DNA of 20,262 nt, taken from positions 1 through 20,262 of the forward strand of contig CAYYQL010000045.1 in NCBI GenBank assembly GCA_964473825.1. Reading direction: 5' to 3'. The position numbers and the translations under genes were made by a program. Shown in pieces: positions 1-8,561 of this stretch; the first letter of the stretch is position 1; each line of letters starts with the position of its first letter. The notes beneath the pieces were generated by a model. It saw only the letters and a list, made by a program, of their open reading frames with translations, had not been told where the DNA came from and searched no databases. Source of the DNA: an uncultured archaeon (GTDB taxonomy: Archaea; Asgardarchaeota; Thorarchaeia; Thorarchaeales; Thorarchaeaceae).

Positions 1-87
1 CATGGAAGAGAGATCTGTACAGCCAGATCTCCAGACTGCCCTGCCTGTCCGGTGAATGATCTGTGTCCATCAGCTCAGTTGGAGTAG
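1..87 (+). CDS. nth: Endonuclease III (HhH-GPD DNA glycosylase), C-terminal fragment; gene runs off the left edge
   Basis: Frame 1 reads HGREICTARSPDCPACPVNDLCPSAQLE* (TAG 85-87). This is the HGR..C-X6-C-X2-C-X5-C [4Fe-4S] motif of EndoIII. Not in the ORF track. Confidence 0.85.
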   Translation, partial: HGREICTARSPDCPACPVNDLCPSAQLE

Positions 88-156
88 GACAGATAGGAGA
101 TTTTATCAGAATGGGCCTCGGATGCAGTCAACCTTGATGAGAAAGGTGAGGACTAA

Positions 157-1254
157 TTGAAGATAGGCATGGTGAGCAAGTTCGGAGCGGGAGACGGCCT
201 CTGCGTCAGGGCTGATGCAGTCATGAGAGGACTGCTTTCAGGGGGCCATGAGGTCCATGTCTTTACTCAGTCCCGACACGTATATCCGCTACGGGAAGAC
301 CGCATTCATAGATTTCGCGCTCTTCATCTAAACCCCCATTTTTCCCTAGACTCTATAGATGCACCCAATATGATCGCACGAGAGTCGCAGAAACATCGCA
401 TTGATGTCTTACATACCCAGATGAACTCAGGAACCACAGACTTTGTCTTACCATTCTTCAAAAGAGCGCTCCCACCTCTCGTTGTCACATACCACTTGGC
501 CTATTCTGGTTCTGACTCGTCTCTTGGAAGGGTGTTTGATATTGCGAATAAGGCGTCACTCTATGCAGGTAGGAAATACGACGCGATTATACTGGTTCAC
601 CCACTGCAAAAGCGACTCTTCCTAGAAAACGATTTCCAAGAGGAGATGTTGCACATCATACCAAACGGAGTGGATACGCATCGCTTCTGTCCAACACCTA
701 TGGAGAGAGATGATAACGTTGTTGATTACATCTATGTTGGACGGCTTAGCTTCGACAAGGGCGTCGACATAGCAATCAATGCCTTCAGAGAGTATCACAG
801 AGAGAACCCAGATACACAACTCACCCTCATAGGAGATGGAATGTTGAAATCCATGCTTATGCGTCGAGGAGACCTTAATGACGGCATCCGTTGGATGGGA
901 AGAGTCCCTCATAGCAGGGTTGACTATTTCCTCAAAAGGGCGGATGTGTTCGTGTCGCCGATGAATATTGGGCCACTCACTTGTTCATTAAGCGTCTTAG
1001 AAGGCATGAGTTGTGGACTACCCTTGATAGCAACCAGAGTGCGAGACGCAGAGATGCTTCTGAGTTCTTCGGAGGGTGTGTTGGTAGAACCCCAATCTGT
1101 CAGAGAAGTTGTTGATGCAATGAGATTAATGGCAGAGGACAAAGCAAAGAGAGTTTCAATGGGCATGAAGTGTCGGGAACGAGTTCTTCGAGAGAGTTCC
1201 TGGGAAAAACAGGTGGACCTCATCGAGGGGGTCTACAGAGAGATTATGGAATAG
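157..1254 (+). CDS. GT4 family (GT-B fold) glycosyltransferase
   Basis: GHEVHV, IPNGVD, YVGRLSFDKG, LIGDG and LEGMSCGLPLIAT motifs. TTG start preceded by SD-like AGGTGAGG. Confidence 0.9.
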   Translation: MKIGMVSKFGAGDGLCVRADAVMRGLLSGGHEVHVFTQSRHVYPLREDRIHRFRALHLNPHFSLDSIDAPNMIARESQKHRIDVLHTQMNSGTTDFVLPFFKRALPPLVVTYHLAYSGSDSSLGRVFDIANKASLYAGRKYDAIILVHPLQKRLFLENDFQEEMLHIIPNGVDTHRFCPTPMERDDNVVDYIYVGRLSFDKGVDIAINAFREYHRENPDTQLTLIGDGMLKSMLMRRGDLNDGIRWMGRVPHSRVDYFLKRADVFVSPMNIGPLTCSLSVLEGMSCGLPLIATRVRDAEMLLSSSEGVLVEPQSVREVVDAMRLMAEDKAKRVSMGMKCRERVLRESSWEKQVDLIEGVYREIME

Positions 1255-1519
1255 ATTTCTTGCGCATCTCATATCCATGAAGTCCAGCTGGCGCATAGAG
1301 GTAGGCATGCAATCCGTTTTCTGAACCAAGCCTATCTCAATTGCGTACGTGAGAATGATTCAAATCTTGACGAGCAGTGGAAAGGAACGCAGGCAGGTGC
1401 AGGGATCGGTATATCTCAACGACTGAGTATGTCATCTCCAAGACATTGAAAAGGAGAGAACCTGTCTCCGGAGATGGACAGAGTGAAGTTCACCTGTCGA
1501 TCTCGAAGGTGGAAATCAG

Positions 1520-2815
1520 ATGCTGCACATCAGGTTCATGCGTGATAATCCAGAGGTTGTGCGAGCAAATCTCCAGAAACGCAGAGAGAATGAGAAGCTC
1601 GCAGAATTCGAGAAAATGCTTGACATGGACGAAGAGGCCAGACGACTGAGAAGAGAAGCACAGGAGTTGAGAGCAGAGCGAAACAGCCTATCCCGGGAGA
1701 TTGGCAAGCTCAAGCAAGCGGGTCAGGATGCCCCAGATCTCATAAAGAGAGTCAACGATGTCAATGCGTCTATCGCAGAAGTCGAGGGAGAGGCTGAGAA
1801 GCTGGAGGCTGAGATTAGGTCCATTCAGATGGCTATTCCAAATATCCTGCATGAGAGTGTCCCTTACGGTGAGGATGAAGAGGACAACGAACTGGTAAGA
1901 GAATGGGGGGGTCGTCCTGAGTTCGACTTTGAAGTGAAGAGTCATGTTGATCTACTTGAGGAGTTGGACCTTGCAGACATAGCCAGGGCGGCTAAGATTG
2001 CGGGGTCCAGATTCTACTACCTGAAAAATGAACTTGTTCTGCTTGACCTTGCAATGATGAGAATGGGTCTAGAGATGTTGCGAGAAAGAGACTTCGTGCC
2101 CATCTATCCACCCTTCATGATGAGAAGAGAGCCCTATGAGGGCGTCACAGACCTTAGTGATTTTGAGAACGTCATGTACAAGATTCAAGACGAAGACCTG
2201 TATCTCATCGCCACTGCGGAGCATCCGATTGCAGCAATGTATATGGATGAAATCTTCGAGCCTAACGACTTACCCATCAGGTTTGCGGGAGTGAGTACCT
2301 GTTTCAGAAAAGAAGCGGGCTCACATGGAAAGGATACAAAGGGCATCTTTCGGGTACACCAATTCAATAAGGTGGAGCAGTTCGTCTTTGGCCACCCCGA
2401 TGACTCCTGGAAGATTCACGAAGAGCTCATTGCAAATGCTGAGGAGTATTTCCAGCGACTCAATCTCCCCTATAGGATTGTGAATATCTGTACAGGAGAT
2501 ATAGGAACGGTAGCAGCTAAGAAGCTTGATTTGGAACTATGGATGCCGGGTCAGGAGAGATACAGGGAGGCTGTCTCCTGCAGCAACTGTACGGCCTATC
2601 AGAGTACCCGATTGAACGTCAAATATCGGCTTGAGAAGGGAGGGCTTGAGAAGGATTATGTCCATACTCTGAATAGCACGATGGTTGCCAACCCAAGGAC
2701 GATCGTGGCCATCATGGAAAACTATCAGAGAGCAGACGGTAGCATCCAGATTCCAAAGGTGCTTCATCAATACCTTCCATCCGATATGCGAGAAATAGCA
2801 CCCAAAGACGTTTAG
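1520..2815 (+). CDS. serS: Seryl-tRNA synthetase (canonical/bacterial-type class II)
   Basis: N-terminal coiled-coil arm, IPNILHESVP, LIATAEHP, motif 2 FRKEAG..GIFRVHQFNKVEQF, EAVSCSNC, HTLNST. SD AGGTGG at 1507-1512. Confidence 0.97.
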   Translation: MLHIRFMRDNPEVVRANLQKRRENEKLAEFEKMLDMDEEARRLRREAQELRAERNSLSREIGKLKQAGQDAPDLIKRVNDVNASIAEVEGEAEKLEAEIRSIQMAIPNILHESVPYGEDEEDNELVREWGGRPEFDFEVKSHVDLLEELDLADIARAAKIAGSRFYYLKNELVLLDLAMMRMGLEMLRERDFVPIYPPFMMRREPYEGVTDLSDFENVMYKIQDEDLYLIATAEHPIAAMYMDEIFEPNDLPIRFAGVSTCFRKEAGSHGKDTKGIFRVHQFNKVEQFVFGHPDDSWKIHEELIANAEEYFQRLNLPYRIVNICTGDIGTVAAKKLDLELWMPGQERYREAVSCSNCTAYQSTRLNVKYRLEKGGLEKDYVHTLNSTMVANPRTIVAIMENYQRADGSIQIPKVLHQYLPSDMREIAPKDV

Positions 2816-4041
2816 AGCCCTTTCTCCAGAGTCATTCTGATTGCATCGTCAATAGACTTCTGCAGACTAGGCGGAAGATTCGGTGCCTTCAGCTGTACGA
2901 ACCCATTCACAATAAGCGTAGTGGCTTCTTCCTCAGTCAGTCCACGCGACATCAAATAGTTCAGTTGTTCCGCACCAACCTTCCCAACTGTCGCCTCATG
3001 GCTGAGCTCAACTCCTTCAGCACTGGCACGAAGTGCAGGCACGGCGCCTATCTCAGCCTCATCACTCAGCAAGAGACCATTGCACTCAAGGCGGGCCTTA
3101 GCTCCACTATGTTTCCCTATGAGGTCACCACGAGCAATGATCTCAGACTGTTCCGTGGCAATACTGCGAGATATTATCTTCCCACTTGACGCAGGTGCTT
3201 CAAGAATGAGCGCACCCCCTACATCATATTTCGACTTCTTGGTTCCGTAAACAACTGAATACAGGTCAGCACGAGACTGTCGCCCTGTAAGGCGGACCTT
3301 TGGAAAGGTCTGGATAGAACGAAGGGCACTGAGTATCGCATAGCTGGATACAAACGCTGCGTTATCCTCTACTACGGCTGCGGACCGAGGGCGGATGTCC
3401 ATCTTGTCGCTCCATTTGTGAACCATGGTGAAAGTCAGCCGAGCATCCTTCTTGACGTAGAACTCGGAAACTCCAAGGTGCAGGGAACGTTCAACATCAC
3501 TAGGGGTGGCACACCCTGTGATAATATGCATCTCCGAACCCTCCTCGGCAATGATGATATTATGAACATTCTGGACGGATCTACCTTTCTTGAGGACAAG
3601 ACAGCTCTGAACCGGCATGTGAATTCTATGCCCGGCCTTTGCACGGATGAAGTATCCATCGTAGTGTTCCAGTTCACTTGCTGCTGTGTACTTGTCGGTA
3701 TCTACAGGAACTGCATTCCATAGATAGTCTGACAACCAGTCATACCGCTCTAGGGCCGCACTGGTGGGTAACACCTCGAGGCCCTCCTGATCAATCATAA
3801 CATCAGCCAGAATGCTCTCGTTATCGAACTGGAGAAATGATCCAGATGCTCGTTTCTCCGAAACGTCAAATCCAACCCCTGAAACGAGCTCTCTATCTCC
3901 CTCAGAGATCTCATCTAGGTTCAGCGATGCTGGCTGGTCACGACTGAACTCAAACTCGTCAAGGTCGATGTCTTCACCATAAGTTGCCTGTTTCTTCTTG
4001 GCTGCTTCAGCACGCTTCCGTTTCTCTTCTGTCCTCGTCAT
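2812..4041 (-). CDS. sufB: SufBD-family Fe-S scaffold protein (archaeal SMS-type SmsB)
   Basis: QNVHNIIIAEEGS..IITGC, HLGVSEFY, LECNGLL, LSHEATVGK, YLMSRGL.EEEA..LIV.GF. Co-oriented just downstream of sufC. Stop overlaps the serS stop. Confidence 0.92.
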   Translation of the reverse strand: MTRTEEKRKRAEAAKKKQATYGEDIDLDEFEFSRDQPASLNLDEISEGDRELVSGVGFDVSEKRASGSFLQFDNESILADVMIDQEGLEVLPTSAALERYDWLSDYLWNAVPVDTDKYTAASELEHYDGYFIRAKAGHRIHMPVQSCLVLKKGRSVQNVHNIIIAEEGSEMHIITGCATPSDVERSLHLGVSEFYVKKDARLTFTMVHKWSDKMDIRPRSAAVVEDNAAFVSSYAILSALRSIQTFPKVRLTGRQSRADLYSVVYGTKKSKYDVGGALILEAPASSGKIISRSIATEQSEIIARGDLIGKHSGAKARLECNGLLLSDEAEIGAVPALRASAEGVELSHEATVGKVGAEQLNYLMSRGLTEEEATTLIVNGFVQLKAPNLPPSLQKSIDDAIRMTLEKGL

Positions 4042-4059
4042 CTTCTGCCCTCCTGAATC

Positions 4060-4833
4060 TCAGCTTGCAGCCTGAGCTAGGAACTTGTCGTAACCCTTCT
4101 CCTCGAGTTCAGGAATGATATCCATATCTCCAGCATAGGCTAGGCGACCAGACTCCAGAATGTAGACCTTCTCGACCTCGACGAATTCCAACACATAACG
4201 GTGATGACTGATTATGACCATGGTAGAGTTCCCTTTCTCTTTCATAGCCTTCAGTTCGCGTCCAACAACTTTGAGTGAGTCATAATCAAGACCACTGTCA
4301 GGTTCATCTAAGAAGACCACATCCGGTCGCATGGAGAGGACTTGAAAGAGCTCACTTCGCTTCAGTTCGCCCCCTGAGAATCCCTCATTGAGGTCTCGGT
4401 CAGCTAGATTCTTGATTCCAAGTCGTTCAAAGTCATCATAGAGCTCCTGCCGACACATACATGTCTCACCCATGAGTTCCTCGTCCGGCTCTTTGCAGGA
4501 ATAGTCAGGGCATATCCGACAGATAAAATCCTCAAGCTTGACACCCGAGATTGCAGGAGGTGTCTGAAAGGCGTAAGCAATACCCATCTTTGCGCGCTCT
4601 GTGATACTCTTGTCCAGTATCGATTCACCTTTGTAGATGATATCTCCACCCTTGACCTCATACTCGGGAAGACCCATGACAGCCTTCGCTACAGTGGACT
4701 TTCCTGATGCATTGGGGCCAAGGACTGCATAGACTTTTCCGCGCTCTAACTGAAGATCGAGCCCTCTAAGAATAGGTATCCCGTTGGCTTCTACTCTCAG
4801 GCCTCTGATATCTAGGAGTACATCAGCTGTCAT
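4060..4833 (-). CDS. sufC: SufC-type ABC ATPase of Fe-S assembly (SmsC)
   Basis: Walker A GPNASGKST, signature FSGGELKRSE, Walker B VFLDEPDSGLD (SufC-typical), H-loop IISH. Directly upstream of sufBD. Confidence 0.92.
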   Translation of the reverse strand: MTADVLLDIRGLRVEANGIPILRGLDLQLERGKVYAVLGPNASGKSTVAKAVMGLPEYEVKGGDIIYKGESILDKSITERAKMGIAYAFQTPPAISGVKLEDFICRICPDYSCKEPDEELMGETCMCRQELYDDFERLGIKNLADRDLNEGFSGGELKRSELFQVLSMRPDVVFLDEPDSGLDYDSLKVVGRELKAMKEKGNSTMVIISHHRYVLEFVEVEKVYILESGRLAYAGDMDIIPELEEKGYDKFLAQAAS

Positions 4834-4900
4834 TCCAATCCACCAAGTCTGCTTTCAACTGCTAGGTGTGCGATTTTAAGCGTGTTGCTATGAAGAGATG

Positions 4901-5329
4901 CTACTTGGCGTATGTGCCCATCAACTGGTCAGATTCAATCTTGTGCTCCTCACACTTGTCTTTGAACGTGTCTTTGGATACGCCTTCAAGACGGCGAACA
5001 TCAAGCGCATAGAGGGTGAAATAGTACCTATGTGTGCCAGATGGGGGAGCAGGTCCACCATACCTTGTGGTCCCAAAATCGTTCTCAATCTCAACTCCGC
5101 GGGGGTTCTCCCCCCTTGGTATCGAGCGAACCTCTGGGGGAATGCTATGTACTAACCAGTGTATCCAGTTACCAACAGGGGCATCAGGATCATTACACAT
5201 GAGCGCGAAACTCTTGGTCCCCTCCGGTACGTTCGACCATTCGAGGTGAGGGCTTAAATTATCATCACGATACGCACACACAGCGGGGATTGGGCCGCCG
5301 TGCTCGAAATCATCACTTCTTAACTCCAT
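4901..5329 (-). CDS. YbhB/YbcL (PEBP / Raf kinase inhibitor-like) family protein
   Basis: SPHLEWSNVPEGTKSFAL...DPDAP...HW...GP.PP.G.HRYYFTLYALD. SD GGTGGAG upstream. Confidence 0.92.
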   Translation of the reverse strand: MELRSDDFEHGGPIPAVCAYRDDNLSPHLEWSNVPEGTKSFALMCNDPDAPVGNWIHWLVHSIPPEVRSIPRGENPRGVEIENDFGTTRYGGPAPPSGTHRYYFTLYALDVRRLEGVSKDTFKDKCEEHKIESDQLMGTYAK

Positions 5330-5404
5330 GGAACTCCACCTTCATCATACCTGACTAGTGTAACACAGGCCTACTTGGTTCTTTCTGAAGTGGAGAATTG
5401 TACA

Positions 5405-5872
5405 TCATTCCCTGACATCAGAAGAGGGAGAGATACTCTTAGCCATAGCAGTTAGCCATTCTGCTGCCCACCTCACGTAGACATCACACCTGTCTTGGAT
5501 ATGGGGCTTCTCACGAGCTACGCCGGCTGGATTCATTTCACCATTGTCCATGGCTTTGAGGAATCTGCATCGGACAGTACCCCAATCCTCTGTAAACTCT
5601 GCAATCATCCTGTTCACTAATGAACGCGCCAAGGTGCGTTTCCTATCGAATTCATCGGGCGTTTCAGTCCCATCAGATCCATAGATCAGACCAATGCACG
5701 CCGAGGCGCCACTCACAGCACCGCATATCTCACCCGATCCACCAATACCTCCGCCCAGTATAGAGGCAATCCTCATACATGATGCATTGAAGTCGGGTAA
5801 CGAAACCTCTCTGTCAACTCCAATCATCACACTCTCAGCGCAGTTGAAAGATAGACAGTCCCTGGTCTCCAT
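5405..5872 (-). CDS. C_GCAxxG_C_C family putative redox-active protein
   Basis: NCAESV, GGGIGGSGEICGAVSG, VRCRFL and DRCD give the family's four-Cys pattern. Confidence 0.85.
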   Translation of the reverse strand: METRDCLSFNCAESVMIGVDREVSLPDFNASCMRIASILGGGIGGSGEICGAVSGASACIGLIYGSDGTETPDEFDRKRTLARSLVNRMIAEFTEDWGTVRCRFLKAMDNGEMNPAGVAREKPHIQDRCDVYVRWAAEWLTAMAKSISPSSDVRE

Positions 5873-5993
5873 ACATAATCACGAAGATGCAGGCCACGGT
5901 ATCATAACAAAAAAGTTCGCATTGTTACCTTCGGCAGCGGCCGAAGCAGCATGCTTAATACCCAATTTACACCAGCCAGAACGGGGAAGGAAC

Positions 5994-6461
5994 TTGACCA
6001 CTGTTCAACAATCATTCGAGAACTTGATTGCGCTTGCAATCGAGAGAGAAGAGGAAGCCTATGATTTCTACATGTCAGCTGCTGAAGAGGCTGAGACCCA
6101 AGCATCCACGAAACTCCTGAGAGAGCTTGCCCAACAGGAGATAGGCCACAAAGAAAAGCTGAAGGCTGCACTCAAAGAAGATGTCTGCAGTACCTTCGGC
6201 TGCACACTGGAAGAGATGAGAGAGCTTAGTCTCGGGGACTACCTCAAAGATATCCCCTTGAAACCTTCTTCGTCTCCACAGGAAATCCTTATCGTCGCAA
6301 TCAAGAGGGAAGAGGGAGCATTCCAGTTCTACAAGTCCCTGTCTGAGTTGACAGAAGACCCAAATCACCGAATGGTATTCGAAACTCTGGCAAAGGAAGA
6401 ACAGAATCACAAGCAGCGTCTCGAACGCATGTATGATGATATCTTCCAACCAGATATGTGA
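5994..6461 (+). CDS. Rubrerythrin/ferritin-like di-iron protein without a rubredoxin domain
   Basis: Two E..E..A..FY...E..H repeats (EREEEAYDFY/EIGH and KREEGAFQFY/EQNH). Start reassigned to TTG 5994 after GGGGAAGG, because the track's upstream extension overlaps the divergent gene. Confidence 0.85.
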   Translation: MTTVQQSFENLIALAIEREEEAYDFYMSAAEEAETQASTKLLRELAQQEIGHKEKLKAALKEDVCSTFGCTLEEMRELSLGDYLKDIPLKPSSSPQEILIVAIKREEGAFQFYKSLSELTEDPNHRMVFETLAKEEQNHKQRLERMYDDIFQPDM

Positions 6462-6496
6462 GGGCAGAGGATCTCTCAAGGCTTCCTGCTGCAGCT

Positions 6497-7777
6497 CTAC
6501 CTCTCGTGCAGATTCGGTGCCGCAAGAAATGTCAGTCCGCGCTTCGTAAGCTCAGCAGCAGTCCGATTGAGTGAATCGTGCTTATCTAAGTAGTTGCGGC
6601 GAAGATAGCCCACCTCGCCTTTGTCAAGAATATCTTGCTTTGGACGGAAGTAATCCAGAATGTCACTAGGATGCTCTCGCGTCTTATCAATCTCTGGCAC
6701 TGCTCCCTCATGCTTTGCGCTTATGTTCTTCACGTGATCAGCTAGATCCAGAAGCTCATCCAGTCGGTCGTAGGGTTGCCTAACGATACTCTTGTAGGTC
6801 TCCGTAATGTGATGCTCAATCCGAACTACATCTGTAAAGCCGAAACTCTTCCTTATGTAGGCAGCCATCTCGATGGTTTCATTATCTACGCTGTTCGCCA
6901 GATTGAAGCCAATGAGGGGGGTCGTCCCATCATCTCGACTGAAGAGCTTGGCAGTCAGGAGGGTCCAAAGACACGCATAGGGATTGTCATTACCCATAAA
7001 GACGCTGATCTTGAACTCCATGTCAATGCCAAGTCTATGCATCATGTATCCAATGAGGACACTTCCAGGATTGATGTTCAGTACCTGCTTGACTCCGTAC
7101 TTGGTATAGTAGTGAAGATACTCGTCAGCCCAGTCGATTGGAAAGTGGTTGGGCATCCCCACACCTCCAAAATAGCCTGTGATGGTCGCAGGACCACCCA
7201 GATGGATGTTTGTTGGTAGTCCCTCCTCATTTGGTTTGGTGCCCTTGGTGTCAAGGGTTTCTACATAGGAGGAACCTGCCACCTGCATTGCAGCTGCAAA
7301 GGCAAGGATTTGGTTGTCCTCCACCTGCTCAGCCATGTTTCGTACGCGTATGAACCTGCCCGGCATCAGATCTTGATTTTCGATTGCTACTTTGGCTTCG
7401 TCGATGAGCCAAGGGAAGTATTGGCATGCGCTGATTTCCAGAGTCACAGCAAAGCTATCATCAAAAACCATAGAATCCACTTCGTCACCCAGAATCTTAC
7501 GTCTGTAGTCGGATACTGAGATGAATGCATCATCATCTCGCTGTTCCTGTAGCCAGAGTATGTCCTCGACGAAGGGTGAGTCGGCCTCCTCAAGCCGTTC
7601 CATTAGATTCTCGAGTCTGCGAGCATCTTTCGCCTTCCGGTTAATCTCCTTGATACCGCCGTGTTTCTCAATCACCTCAAGAACATCATTGACGAGAGGA
7701 TTGTCCTCGTCAAGAAAGAAGTCATTGATCTCTTCGAGCCGCTCAGTAGGAATGGTGATTCTGTGCCTATCAGTCAT
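6497..7777 (-). CDS. Uncharacterised soluble protein (~426 aa), possibly a peptidase-U32-like TIM barrel
   Basis: Long ORF with protein-like composition; ATG 7777 preferred as start. The fold guess rests only on remembered similarity of the segment G(V/I)..L...G......G....FKISV.MG.DNP...FN to U32-family proteins. Confidence 0.7.
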   Translation of the reverse strand: MTDRHRITIPTERLEEINDFFLDEDNPLVNDVLEVIEKHGGIKEINRKAKDARRLENLMERLEEADSPFVEDILWLQEQRDDDAFISVSDYRRKILGDEVDSMVFDDSFAVTLEISACQYFPWLIDEAKVAIENQDLMPGRFIRVRNMAEQVEDNQILAFAAAMQVAGSSYVETLDTKGTKPNEEGLPTNIHLGGPATITGYFGGVGMPNHFPIDWADEYLHYYTKYGVKQVLNINPGSVLIGYMMHRLGIDMEFKISVFMGNDNPYACLWTLLTAKLFSRDDGTTPLIGFNLANSVDNETIEMAAYIRKSFGFTDVVRIEHHITETYKSIVRQPYDRLDELLDLADHVKNISAKHEGAVPEIDKTREHPSDILDYFRPKQDILDKGEVGYLRRNYLDKHDSLNRTAAELTKRGLTFLAAPNLHER

Positions 7778-7863
7778 GTCCCAGCCGTCCTGTGAACAAC
7801 CACCACAGAGCGGCACTACCAAATAAACGATTCTGACGAAACGGGGAGGGAGTTGGCAAGAGT

Positions 7864-8466
7864 CTAAGCCTTTCTTAGATGAACTACAGACTCTTCGGCT
7901 ACATGTTCAATTTCCACTGGACCCTCCGTCCCTCCGACGTCGAAGTCACTCAGATACTTTCTCACAGTAGGTCCCACTATTGCCGCGATAATGCCGCCTG
8001 CGGTGACCTGAATCCAGTTCACAAGCAGGAGTTCCTCCAGAGCCACGACTAGACCGAACAGCACATACTCGAAGTAAAAATATCCGGCCAACATCGCAAT
8101 GGCTCCAAGGAGTATTCCCGTAATGTCCCACTTTGTGAGTGTTGATGATTTCTTTGACTGGGCAGAGAGCAATCCTACAAGAAGTCCCTCTATTCCCTTG
8201 ACCACGAAAGTTATCGGCGCAAAATGACCAAATCCCAAAGCAACATCAGCAACTGCTGACCCTACGCCGCCTGCAAAAAAACCACCAACAGGGCCAAGTA
8301 AGAGTCCGCTGATCATGACGAGTGAATCGCCAAAGTTCAGATACCCGGTACTCGTTGGAAAAGGAATAGATATCATCATTGTCGCTACAGTTGTCAGTCC
8401 AGTGAATATGGCGGTGAGAACCAAGTAGACAGTGGGGTTGAGTGTGCTCGCACTCCATCGCTTCAA
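7864..8466 (-). CDS. ECF transporter S component (resembles the COG4720 HmpT/PdxU2-like group)
   Basis: About 5-6 hydrophobic helices. A...L..VATM.I.IP...GYLNFGD......LLLGP..G..AGG.GSA.AD...G....AP.TF..KG.EG is a typical S-component pattern. TTG start with GGAGG 9 nt upstream. Confidence 0.85.
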   Translation of the reverse strand: MKRWSASTLNPTVYLVLTAIFTGLTTVATMMISIPFPTSTGYLNFGDSLVMISGLLLGPVGGFFAGGVGSAVADVALGFGHFAPITFVVKGIEGLLVGLLSAQSKKSSTLTKWDITGILLGAIAMLAGYFYFEYVLFGLVVALEELLLVNWIQVTAGGIIAAIVGPTVRKYLSDFDVGGTEGPVEIEHVAEESVVHLRKA

Positions 8467-8521
8467 TCTTTTCTTCCTCCGTCCTGCAGGTCAGACAGGG
8501 ACAGGAGCAATCGGCCCACAG

Positions 8522-8550
8522 ACATATATAAGTTTGAGCCTATATATAGG
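8522..8550. promoter_or_regulatory. Divergent promoter core / candidate operator: two TATA-like palindromes
   Basis: ACATATATAAGT (8522-8533, imperfect palindrome) and CCTATATATAGG (8539-8550, perfect 12-bp palindrome), between divergent starts at 8466 and 8562. Confidence 0.6.
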
Positions 8551-8561
8551 TGCGATGTTCT

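Noticed and set aside
2812-2815. Overlapping stop codons of convergent serS and sufB
   Set aside because: Common in compact prokaryotic genomes; no further signal.
5405-5881. Sec-containing extension of the C_GCAxxG_C_C protein (in-frame TGA three codons before the ATG)
   Set aside because: All four motif cysteines are already encoded as Cys, so no readthrough is needed.
5694-5993. Track's N-terminal extensions of the rubrerythrin-like ORF (likewise sor 10078-10176 and tkt 14257-14298)
   Set aside because: They overlap neighbouring genes or promoters, and downstream starts have SD sequences and fit family lengths.
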